A stretch of 64,000 nt of DNA from Octopus sinensis (Eukaryota): contig NC_043005.1 in assembly GCF_006345805.1 (NCBI RefSeq), positions 19,716,001-19,780,000 of the forward strand, in the 5' to 3' direction. Positions within the stretch are counted from its first letter, which is position 1; each line of letters begins with the position of its first letter. The translations under genes and the position numbers were made by a program. The notes below the pieces were generated by a model that saw nothing but the letters and a program-made list of their open reading frames with translations, made no database searches and was not told the origin of the DNA. This document shows positions 52,299 to 64,000 of this stretch, in pieces.

Positions 52299-52865
52299 TA
52301 TATGTATGAACAAATGTCAACCGATTACATTGACATCAAAGAGAAAGACGTAATATCGGTCATTGATGAAATGAGCTTATAGCTTTTCATTATCAATCCA
52401 TGAACGGTTTACAACCACGATACAAATGATTGGAAGGATTGCACTTCTGGAATAGCAATCAATATGGTAACTGGCGATAAATACGAGTAGTCAAGTTTCT
52501 TTTCATTTACGCATTACTAATAGAGTGGATCCTGATATCATTCAGTACAAGAGAGCTGAAGAGCATTTCTGCTTTTGTGGAGAACATTTGTCTTGTGCCG
52601 TTTTGTCTACTATTCGTAAATATGGTTTCCTAAAACTATCAAACCGACAGCAATGATGCTTCGCGAAGAACATCGCCTGAGTACTACAGCTAAGCATTTG
52701 GGAGAGGCTGACATCGCCAGAACTCTGCTTTCCGGAGAGAAAATGAAAAAAATATACCATGATATACAGGTGGAATGTGTATGTTATATTGTATGTATGT
52801 GTGTGTGTGTGTAAGTGTGTAAGTGTGAATATATGAATACATGTATATGTGAATGTGTGTGAATA

Positions 52866-52909
<44 letters not shown>

Positions 52910-53479
52910 TTATTATATAGTATATATTATATATAACATATAGAGAGAGAGAAAGAGAGAGAAACGGAAGAGAGAGTTAGACGAGCAAAGAAGAAAGAAA
53001 TCCACAATCGGATAGATAAGAGGATAGACAGACAGACAGACAGACTGACAGACAGACTGATTGATAGAGAGACAGACAAGCAGACGGGATACGGTAGATG
53101 TGTGTTCTGCAATACAGCATACGTAAGTTCAGCTGTGTTTACAAGGTGTAAAGAGGCGAACACGACGAAACACTTTATCCAACAGCTGTGTAAACATCTT
53201 TAGACATGAAACATTCACACGTCACAACATCAATATCAACAACAGAAGCTACTATTACAACAACAACAACAATAGCAACAACAACAACAAAAATAGGTAA
53301 AACAACAACGACAACATCAGAAATTTAATCTGTAAATATTAAAATAGGATGTTAAAAGTGCAAAATGGAAGATAAAAATATCCGAAGATGGAAAGGACAT
53401 AGGTAATGGAAAAGATATATCTATATGTATGTATGTATATATGTTTGTATGTATATATGTATACATATTTATATATGTG

Positions 53480-53528
<49 letters not shown>

Positions 53529-54227
53529 TATAAGAACATAAATGGGTTAAATGTCCACTACAGCTGTTTCAGAGTCGCTTTTTTTATTGATGACTGATTC
53601 GATCAAATTAGGTTAATTCAAAATTAAAAGTCTTGATTGGAGAAAAAATACTAAGATGTAGAATGTGAATTGGCCCTTTCATCTCGGCAACAAGGTTCAG
53701 CCAGGTTTCATAGGTCTTAAGGTTATAAAACGATCAACGGACAACGTCACATCAAATCATTTCTTTAAAAGGATGGCCAGAGATGAAAGATAAGAGGAAG
53801 GCAGACTGAAAGGAATAGGGAGGAGAGGAAAGTAAAGAAAGAGAGCCTATCAGTGTTGTGTAGACAGGACAAGTAAGTATCCTGGCGCCGGAAGAGAAAT
53901 TATATTCAAGCCGGAACATTTTTGATGGACGCAAACCCAGTAGACATATATAATGTACAACATACATCAGCCACATACATATATTTATACACACACACAC
54001 AAACACACGCAAATAAAAGACATCAACCTGTATGCATACATTTACACGCACATACACTTATATATATATATATATATATAGATATATATATTATATATAT
54101 ATTATATATATATACTATTGTGTCAGGGGAGAGTCATTTTCTTTTAGTGCCTTATAATTTAACACACTCACCGGTAAAAACTCATATAAATAATCTTGCA
54201 AACCAAATCCAAGAACAAAATATATAT

Positions 54228-54274
<47 letters not shown>

Positions 54275-54289
54275 TACACACGTTATTCT

Positions 54290-54628
54290 TTCATTATTTC
54301 CGTTATTTGACTTCGGCTATGCTGGAGCACCGACTTCTAGTCGAAGAAATCGACCCTAGAAATTATTCTTTGTAAGTCTGGCACTTATTCTATGAGTATT
54401 TTTTGCCAAACCGCTATGTTACAGAGATGTAAACACACCAACATCGGTTGTCAAGTGACAGTGGTGGGAGACGATGGGATTCTTTCAGTTTCCGCCTACC
54501 AAATCCATTCACATAGCTTTGGTCGGCCCGAAGCTTTAGTAGAAGGCACTTGCCTAAGATGCCACGCAGTGGGACTGAACCCGGAACCATGTGGTTAGGA
54601 AGTTAGCGTCTTACCAAACAGCCGCACC
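54290..54628 (-). mobile_element. tRNA-derived SINE (family E), internally deleted
   Basis: Collinear with 51880-52298 but lacks the central microsatellite. Confidence 0.85.
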
Positions 54629-54677
<49 letters not shown>

Positions 54678-54919
54678 GTTGAACAGGAAGAACACAAGTA
54701 GAAAAAGACGAAAAAGACGAAACTGGGAAGAAATTTAGACTAAGACACTATACACAGAATATTCACAGCTGTGTTTTCCTCGTCAGTCAATGCCCCAAAA
54801 TATCATAGTGGCTTCGTGCCATTACCATTAAGACCACTCAAGTTTGGGGGCACCAGTGCTGTTATTAAGATACTGAGAAAACGCTAGCGAATGTATACTA
54901 AGACAGAAACAAAATATTA

Positions 54920-56516
54920 CACTGCGTCCCACATTATTAGGCTATCACCCTCCTCAATAAATAAGTTTGTATTCGTTCAAAACCAGTTGGTTTCCCACTG
55001 ACAGTTTGGCAACATCTACCTGTGCGCATTCTGTTAAAATAAATCGGATCTGCGCAAGCGGAAACAAACGGCGGCCATTATCGTGCAGCAGCAACATTTC
55101 TGCTGTCCCAAATTATTAGGCAGTTGCACAATGTATGTGTCATTATGGGTCTGAATCATGATCTTACCTCGAATGAGAAGTCTACCATAGTGTATGAGCT
55201 TGGAAAAGGAAAAGCAATCATAGAAATATCAAAAATACTAGGAAGATATCACCAAACAGTGAAGAAATTTGTGAAGTCTCCTATTTCTGATCGGTCGTGG
55301 ACAGATGAGGGTAAGTCGAGGGTTGTTTTGAATCATACTTTGTCACGTGTGAAAAGGGAAGTTGTGGAGAACCCATGTCTGACAAGTAGAGAAGTCTTCA
55401 AACTTTGTGGCAGGGAAGACGTATCGAAAATTACCAGGTGTCGCCTCTTAAAGCAGGTAGCCAGCAATGTTAAACCTGTTACAATGTCCCCTCTGAAGGC
55501 TTTTCATAAACAGAAGAGACTGAAATGGGCAGAATATTACATTAAGATAGTTTTTCAACAGTTCTGTTCACTAACAAATGCCGTGCTACCCTTGACGGGG
55601 TAGATGACTGAAGTAAAGTTTGGGTATCAATCAGCTGGAACCGTCCTCGTGGTTTAAGATGCCAATGGGGGGGGGGTGAGATGGGGTCATTTTTGGGGCT
55701 AGCATCTTTGGTGGTATGATGCTCAAGCCATGGTAAGTTCCAGATGGCATTAAGGTGACATCGAAAACATATGTTACCTTCTTAAAGGACAATTTCCAAC
55801 CGTGGTTCAAAAAGAAAAATCTTTAATTCAAGAGAAAGCTGGTCTTCACGCAAGATAATGTCTTATCTCAAGCAGCGAAGAATTCTAAGGAACACCTGCA
55901 GCAAATAGGCTTCTCTGGAAGTAGTTTGATGGAGTGGCCACCTTGTTCCATGACTTAAACCCGATCGAGAACATGTGGAGTATCCTGAAGAGGTGCGTTG
56001 ACCAAGATGGACGGCAGTTTTCAAGTAAAGTTACCCTCTGCGATGTTTTTGTAGATGTTGCTCAAAGCATGACACAGGAAGGTATTATCACCTTGACAAA
56101 TTCAATAGATTTAACACGTTAGGAAGGTTATTGCATATGGAGGATCGTACATCAAATATTAGGAGCTGTATGACATCATAATCCCATGATTATTTTCATT
56201 CAAATGTATTATTATGTTTACCATTAAGTCTTTTATGAAACTTTTGTTATTAAACTTTTACTGTTGAATTGAACAAATGTTAGTTATGACCCAATCGTCA
56301 ATTTCTATTATACTTGCCTAATAATTTGTGACGGTGAAAATGTTACCCAATTACAAAGATGGCCGCTATTTGTTGGCGACTGCACAGATCCGATTTATTT
56401 TAACAGAATGTGCGCAGATAGGTGTTGCCAATAGTCTGTGGGAAAACTAGCTTTGAACGAATATACATTTATTAATTGAGAGAAGATTGATATGCCTCAT
56501 AATGTAGGATGCAGTG
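54920..56516 (+). mobile_element. Tc1-related transposon with DD37E spacing (TRT-like), long IR/DR TIRs, degenerate
   Basis: TA|CACTGCGTCCCACATTATTAGGC...GCCTCATAATGTAGGATGCAGTG|TA; TIRs of about 200 bp; FT(N)KCRATLDG; QDN...DLNPIE gives 37 residues after correcting a 1-bp deletion. Confidence 0.85.
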
Positions 56517-56996
56517 TATATAGATACAACAGACAAAGAATTATGCGTATATAACAGCACGAAGCCTTACGGCTATATACAACAGAAGAAAAAGTAATAA
56601 TTATACATATACCACAAATACAACAGAAAGTGCTTTGCAGCTCTCGAACGAACTTAGCGGGGTTGCGCACCCTTAAATAGCCATAACTGTCGTCTGCCTT
56701 CTTCCTCCACTGTACCAAAACCGTGAAATCCTTGACCTCTCACCCCAAACCTACCCTGACGAAGAATAATACCGGCCTTTTACTTTTTATCTTTATTTTT
56801 ATTTTATTTTCGGTCTCATTCTTTTTATTTGCACTACTTATCCTCTTTACTCTTTACATTATTTTTCTCTTCGTTATCTTCATTTCTATTATTCTCTCTT
56901 TTTTCTCTTCTCTTCACTCACTCACCCCTCCCTTTCACTCTGATCTACCTGTCGCCTATTTGTGTGTGCGTGTGTGTGTGCGTGTGTGTGTGACGT

Positions 56997-57028
<32 letters not shown>

Positions 57029-57031
57029 ATA

Positions 57032-57099
<68 letters not shown>

Positions 57100-57928
57100 A
57101 ATTAAAATTTTAAAACTATATGTGGGCATCGGGACATTATAAAAACAATATATAATTTTGAAAATATACAATGAATGAAAAAATATAGCATAATGTAAAT
57201 AATAACTAGCAAAAATTTAAGAATTTAAAATATAGAAGAATATAAAAAGACTATAAATATAAATGGGTAATAGAGAATTGGAATATGAGAATCTAGTATC
57301 AGTTAGGAAGTGAGAGAAGATTATATTTATATAAATGAGAGAGGGTATGTATGTCCAGAATGAGGTCATACATGATATCACAATTATATTATGTAATGTA
57401 TGACAAAATGTATAACAGTAACATAGGTACAATAGGGATAAGAGAAATACAGAATTAACAGAATCAATTTCCGGGAAGACAGGCAGTTTGGTATCAGTAG
57501 GTATTACGTAACAAGTTTGAAGTAAACGAATTTTTACCGTGATGTAGGCATTTCAGCTTAAATTCTCGTGTCTTATTGAGCAGGTCACTCGAATATTCTA
57601 ATATAAATATCCATATGTATGTATCTATATATATATATATATGTATGTATTGTATAGAAATAGAAATATGTATTTAAATATATATAGAGAGAGAATATGA
57701 GTGGGGGTTAGTAGTTCACTCATGATCGAAACCAGTTGGTACGCTGCGTAAGTGCTATATCCGTTAGGTTTCAAGCTCACACCTGAGACTGGAGCTAGGG
57801 ATCCGTAGTAGGCTTCCGAGTCAGCAGGTGTATATTAAAGGAAAAGGAAGACAAAACCAAAGCAGGCGGATCATGTCAGCTTATTTAGAATATTTAATTA
57901 GAGTAAGGTGAATCAAAAATGGAGATTC

Positions 57929-57969
57929 ATACATACATACATACATACATACATACATACATACATACA

Positions 57970-58000
<31 letters not shown>
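57929..58000. repeat. (CATA)n microsatellite directly upstream of a LINE 5' end
   Basis: Directly visible. Confidence 0.95.
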
Positions 58001-59645
58001 TGGCACCGTCAACATCGGGAGTGCAGGTGTAGTGGACTGTTTAAAAAGTCCGCGTTGAATACTTTCCTCTAGAAATGTGCCGACTTCTCCAGCCTAAATT
58101 GGTAAGTGGTTTATTTCTCCAATAATTAATAAAAGAAACACCTTTTACTCGCCATCGTAGCGCTATCCTGAACAGATTTGAAAATATACATCTACAGCAT
58201 GTGGTATCTCGCTAACACGATTATGGCTAAAACTAACACTACCACAGATGAAACAGACAACGTCACCACCTATGAAAATAGAACAACTTCACCAGTACAC
58301 TTCTATTTTGCTTGGACTCAACAACTAAACCAAGATTTACGTCGGTGCTATAAAAAAGCCTGAGATGACTCTTCAATCGGAAACATGAAGCTGTTAAAAC
58401 AATACTGGGACGAAGCTTATCCCAACTTAAATACCTTCACGGTGAAACAGCTCCGACAACAAGCATCTTTTGTAAAAAAAAAAGATAAATATATATATAT
58501 AAATAAAATAATTGATTCTCGACCTTTCCAAAACACTGAAAATGGGCCAAAATCTGCCACAAGCGGCGTAAAAAATAATGTAAACAAGCCACACCCCCTC
58601 CGTCGCTAAATTTAGCTGACTCAATAGTAAAGATTCAAAAACATTTTAAAATTACAATTCGCAAAAAATTTTGTTACTTTCTCGAAGCTTTCGTTGAGCA
58701 ACAGACTATTCTCAACAAGAGTGAGAAAAAATCCGACCGATCTAATACTTAAGGTTATCAACGATGTTACTGGAGAGCAGATGGAATCATGTGATGTTAA
58801 TGACAGGAATATTAATACTCTTATACACACAGCCGCTTTTACTCTTAAAGAACACCTAGGAGAAATCTACTATGAACAAAGTAACGGAATTATTAAACGG
58901 AAACAACCTAGATGGAAAACAAAACCTGAAGAAAATATCAAGAACGTGCACCGCCATATTGGATGGTTAACTACAACAATAAAATGTAAGGACAAAAATG
59001 AGTTTACACCTCAACAACTCTACCTTAGACAAAAATTAACGAAACTTGATGGCAACTTTTCATACCGAGTTCTTGAGAAAAAGCTAATCACTTTAAAACA
59101 TGAACTCAGGAAGGTGAGCGAGAAACTTTGCTATCGCATACGAATTTTTGAACAAGCCACTATCAATCGCAAGTTTGCTTCCAACCCACAACCATTATAC
59201 AGAGAGATGAAGAAGGAAAATATTAAGAAAGTGCCCTCCCAAGAAGATCTACAATAATTCTGGTCAAAAATTTGGAACGGAAAGAGGAAGTTCAACCTCA
59301 ATGCATCATGATTAAATACAACTGAGAGAAAATACTGTGCCAACATTAACAGTAAAACATACAAAATTGATGCAGAAACCTTCGTTATAGCAGTAGGCAA
59401 ACTGCAGAATGGGAAGGCACCTGGAAGGGACCTGATAGTTGGATATTGGTACAAGAAGCTGACATTTTATAGAAACCAATTGATATATATATCTTCAAAA
59501 GGACTATGGAAGGTCAGACTAATATACTAGTCTTGTTGCCAAAAATGAAATCACCGAGATGACAGGAAACTACAGGCTCATTGCTTGCCTAAACATTATG
59601 TACAAACTGTACACAAGTTGCCTCATCCAATTCCTCCAGGACCAT
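58001..59645 (+). mobile_element. R4/Dong-like LINE, 5' UTR to start of RT, 3'-truncated
   Basis: WTQQLNQDL..CY.KA, LKQYWDE.YP, LRQQA, INRKF..NP...YR.M, FWSKIW, NGKAPGRDLI.GYWYKKL, NYRLIACLN.MYKL. Confidence 0.85.
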
Positions 59646-59652
59646 ACATACT

Positions 59653-59700
<48 letters not shown>

Positions 59701-59720
59701 ACACACACACACACACACAC

Positions 59721-59754
<34 letters not shown>

Positions 59755-60057
59755 GCAATAAAAATGGTAAATAATTTTCCTGTGGTTTTTCATGTAACCA
59801 ACAATTATTTACCGGTAAATTTTGGTATGTAAATACGACAAATTAATTGTCAGGACCTTTGTAAGGTTCAGTATATAGTAAAGAAAATAAGGTGGCTAGC
59901 AGCAGGCTGTTTCGCCTCATACCGAAGGAATTAGAAATGGCAGTCAAAGACCGTTTTTTCCATTTTCTATAAGTGGAGATTCCAAAAACGAAGGCCCTTA
60001 CGGCTCACATACACAAAACCGGAGTGGCAAATATACGAAAGCAATCACTTACCGTTA

Positions 60058-60127
60058 ATAGCGAACACCGTGTTTCTGGATCACAAACATAGAGAAAAAG
60101 TAGTTTGAATTCCGTCATCAGCGCTAT
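60058..60127 (-). ncRNA. Type I hammerhead ribozyme motif with intact core
   Basis: Reverse strand ATAGCG-CTGATGA-CGGAATTCAAAC...GTTTGTGATCCA-GAAA-CACGGTG-TT-CGCTAT; 6-bp perfect stem I, stem III ACAC.GTGT; inside a TA-flanked non-coding insert. Confidence 0.82.
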
Positions 60128-60150
60128 ATTCGATAGCTTTACCAAATGCC

Positions 60151-60226
60151 ACTAGCCCTCACTTCTGACCCAGCGACACAAGATAGTGGGGGGAAGTGCG
60201 CAGATGGGTCAGAAGTGAGGGCTAGT
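60151..60226. repeat. Perfect 22-bp hairpin with 32-nt loop
   Basis: ACTAGCCCTCACTTCTGACCCA / TGGGTCAGAAGTGAGGGCTAGT. Confidence 0.9.
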
Positions 60227-60399
60227 ACAGATGAATGATCTTTACAGCCTAGTAATAAAAAATTAATCGATATATTAGTAACGGGAACAACAAAACTATC
60301 AAGGATGGTGATTGTGATATTTAATACCAGATTATCTACAAAATTTAAGATACGTGTGTGTGTGTGTACGTGTCACAAGGTAAATAAATATAGATATAT

Positions 60400-60447
<48 letters not shown>

Positions 60448-60556
60448 GAGTGTATTTTTACCTTGTTAACAATTAACACGGAAAAATACATAAATAGTTA
60501 ACATGTGTCGAAAGTAAAAATATTTGATTACACCTACGTTAAACTCCATTTATTTA

Positions 60557-60666
<110 letters not shown>

Positions 60667-60998
60667 CGTATCCATACATGTCGGAGTATGTATGTCTTTA
60701 TACACACACACACACACATACACACACACACACACCACACACACACACACACACACAAATATATATAGGGCTTATATGGCCCATTATTAGATTATTTTCC
60801 TTAGTCATTGCATGGTGATCACCATAAGCTTTAAGCTTATACCATTATTGTTGTTTACAGGATTGTAAAACACGGCGCCCGTATAGAAGCCATTCACATC
60901 GAAAGCATATAGAAAGTTTGTTTACATAAAACAAATACGAACTAATATAGTTTTTAAATTCGACAGAAAACGTGTGGTTTGTTTACAAGTATTATATA

Positions 60999-61038
<40 letters not shown>

Positions 61039-61067
61039 TGGGAAAGGCTGGATTTTGGGCCATAAAC

Positions 61068-61319
61068 AAGCCAACATCGGTGTCAAGCGGTGTTGGTAGG
61101 ACAAACACATACACACAAACATACTCTCACATATATACATGCATATATATATATATATTATATATAATATATATATATACGATAGGCTTCCGCCTGGTCG
61201 CCCCGAGGCTATAGAAGAAGTAGTAGAAGACACTTGCCGAATGTGCCACGCAGTGGGACTGAACCCGGGACAGTGTGGTTAGGAAGCAAGCTACTTGCCA
61301 CACAGCCACTCCTGCGCCT
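61068..61319 (-). mobile_element. tRNA-derived SINE (family E), partial
   Basis: Head ...GCAAGCTACTTGCCACACAGCCACTCCTGCGCCT and body homologous to 52030-52298. Confidence 0.85.
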
Positions 61320-61320
61320 G

Positions 61321-61392
<72 letters not shown>

Positions 61393-61443
61393 GAGAGAGA
61401 GGGGGGATAGAGATAGATAGATAGATAGATAGATAGAAGATAG

Positions 61444-61488
<45 letters not shown>

Positions 61489-63418
61489 TACACACTTGGG
61501 TGTAGACGCACACATGTGCACGTATAGTGAAAACGCGTGATCTCCTAGTTAGAGTACTGACCTTACTATCGTAAGGTCGTGTGTTCAATTCCTGGAGCGT
61601 TGTATCTTTAGCTGGGGGACTTCGTTTCACTTTGCTTCAGTTTACTCTGCTGAACATTAATAGCAGCTTATTGAGGGTCAGCGTTCTCTTCTCTCGGGTG
61701 ATATATTCTCAGTGTTCCATTGAGTCAAGCATGTAACGGCCGAGTTGGGGTTTATGTCTGATCATAAGTACCATTTAAGTACCACTGCCTAGGTACTTAA
61801 ATTTATTATCGAAAGTATGATACTAACTGCAAGTCATACTCGCTTGCGAGTGACTGCTATGTTGTACATGTCTGTATGTGTTTTTGATCTATTTAGATCC
61901 ATCCAGATGTTCATGGCCACTCTAGTATAGTTGATTAACATTTTTGCGCAAAGAGAAGCATTTTACTATGAGGATGAGTTTGATTAAGCTGGGTTTTTTT
62001 TTGTTTTTGTGTTCAGTACAACAGTCCTAGGAGAAATTAGAGAGAGAGAGAGCCCCTTTGCATCGCGGATAAAGATCTACAGCGAATCAATGTTCATTGT
62101 AAAAAAGTAACTGTAAGGGACCAAGAACAAAGAAGTCAAACTGACGGAGAATTGCTTTGGCGACGTGAATATGTGATAGAACGACTGACACAAAGTGAGA
62201 GAAGAGCTGGTAGACGTATTCCGAAATGAATTGCAAGCTGAAACAATGGGATGGCAAGAGTTATTGGACAGATGGATGTAGATGATTGAGTAGATTTATA
62301 ATGAACGGCATTCCAATCATGACCATCTCATCTTTTTTATGTGCAGGGAAACCAGGACCATATTATTCACTGTGCATTATTTTAAAGCGCTAGGGTGTTG
62401 TTTGGAGATAATTCAGCGGTTATTTCTAGCTGGTCGAGGGGCCATGTAGAGGCTTCTTCGGAGATACGGGTGTGCCGATAATTATTTTGCTTGCTTCTTG
62501 ACAAACGATATTTATCCGAAACGTCAATTAGTCGGGGTTGTTTTTTTTGTCAAAGCACACTACATTGACTTTGTATTCTTATTCATTTTCTCTCGCCCAC
62601 ACCGTTTCATTTCGTGTAATACTCTAGATATAAAATAAACACCAAGAGAATTTTAAACAATTTTGCTAATAGCATACGGAAATATAAAACGTATATTCAC
62701 GTAGAGCAATTTTCTTGATTGTACTAATGAGTTTCAGAAGTGGGAGTTTGAATAGAGCTTTAATTAACTTAGCATTTCTACTACATTTCTAACATACGGC
62801 TAAGCAGACAGTTGTCAAATATTTGTATTTGTTGTTGATGTTTTTGCTAACCTTGGTGAAGCAGGTTTATATGAAAAGCATACTAGCCGTTACAATTCCG
62901 TCTTTTAAGGAGCTTCAGAAAAGGTATTATCTATAGTGTCCTTCATTTTTTAAATGCTGTGATGTGATCTTAGGAAGGTTTGGCTATTGTGAACAAGTAG
63001 GAGTCCCTCGTAGTTTCAATCTATACTCGCGTGTTTGAACGTCTAAATTCTGTATTTTCGTGCCTTAATCTTTTTGTTATTCCTACTTTTGCTCTTCTTC
63101 TTCTTCTTCTTCTTCTTCTTCTTCTTCTTCTTCTTCTTCTTCTTCTTCTTCTTCTTCTTCTTCTTCTTCTTCTTCTTCTTCTTCTCCTTGTTTAAACTTT
63201 AGATTGGCCCTGATTGAGTAGACCTGTGGTTAAACTCATTCCAGCCTTGACCACCTTGCTTTTTAGCATATCCATGGCTACACTTTGCTGCTATTCTTAG
63301 TAATTCGAACTAGGCACACGTGGTAGCTCGCTGGTTTTGCTGTTGTTGTTGTTGTTGAGTAGCTGTTCTTTGCCAGGCTCAAACAGATTTTTGGCTATTA
63401 TATAACTACTACTTATTG

Positions 63419-63460
<42 letters not shown>

Positions 63461-63788
63461 CTGCTACAAACGCTATTATTATTTTCTGGGGGGGTTTAAG
63501 GTGATAGGTGATAGAATATGATTTAAAAGAAATTATCTGTTGTTCCTAGCAAATCCAACAATCACCTAAAGTGTTCTTCTTTGATAAGATATCAACAAGT
63601 TGAAGGTTCATTTATGACAAAAAAAAAAAGATCAAACACACGGGATACGGAAGGCCATCGATTTTGTGTACATGTCATGGAATTAGAATTCTCTGTCTTT
63701 CAATCGGCGTTCCAGCCATAGCTATCCCATCTTTTTTCGACAATTTTGTTACATTGAAAAGCAGTGTCGTTAGAGCGTCGTTTGACCT

Positions 63789-64000
63789 CTTGTGGGTAGT
63801 AAAGAAATAGGTATTTCGTCTGCCGTTACGTTGTGAGTTCAAATTCCGCCGAGGTCAACTTTGCCTTTCATCCTTTCGGGGTCGATTAAATAAGTACCAG
63901 TTACGCACTGGGGTCGATATAATCGACTTAATCTGTTTGTCTGTCCTTGTTTGTCCCCTCTCTGTGTAGCCCCTTGTGGGCAGTAAAGAAATAGGTATTT
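63789..64000 (+). mobile_element. Family C SINE body in head-to-tail arrangement (184-bp offset), cut by window edge
   Basis: CTTGTGGG.AGTAAAGAAATAGGTATTT at 63789 and 63973; body matches 16250-16322. Confidence 0.8.

Noticed and set aside
54758-54792. Minus-strand CTGACGA next to ACAGCTGT
   Set aside because: Stem II is absent and stem I does not pair; possibly a deleted remnant but not supportable.

Overview
AT-rich, microsatellite-saturated eukaryotic intergenic or intronic DNA. The SINE families and repeat landscape suggest a cephalopod, probably Octopus (inference). No intact host gene is recognisable, and almost all long ORFs in the track are translations of simple repeats. The window holds many decayed transposons: Tc1/mariner elements with DD34E, DD36E, DD37E and DD34D spacings, a CR1-group LINE, RTE LINE pieces (some ending in several C2H2 fingers), many R4/Dong-like LINE fragments, Penelope-like (PLE) GIY-YIG remnants and at least three tRNA-derived SINE families. 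The main unexplained signal is a set of short non-coding elements, mostly in (TA)n tracts, carrying type I hammerhead ribozyme (HHR) motifs with palindromic stem III: about ten full or degenerate motifs from several unrelated families. They often have fold-back arms, and in two cases the arm stops exactly at the predicted self-cleavage site. One is a tRNA-headed SINE with an HHR tail; another is a 428-nt retrozyme-like monomer. All calls are by eye, with no database search or folding run, and boundaries of degenerate fragments are approximate.
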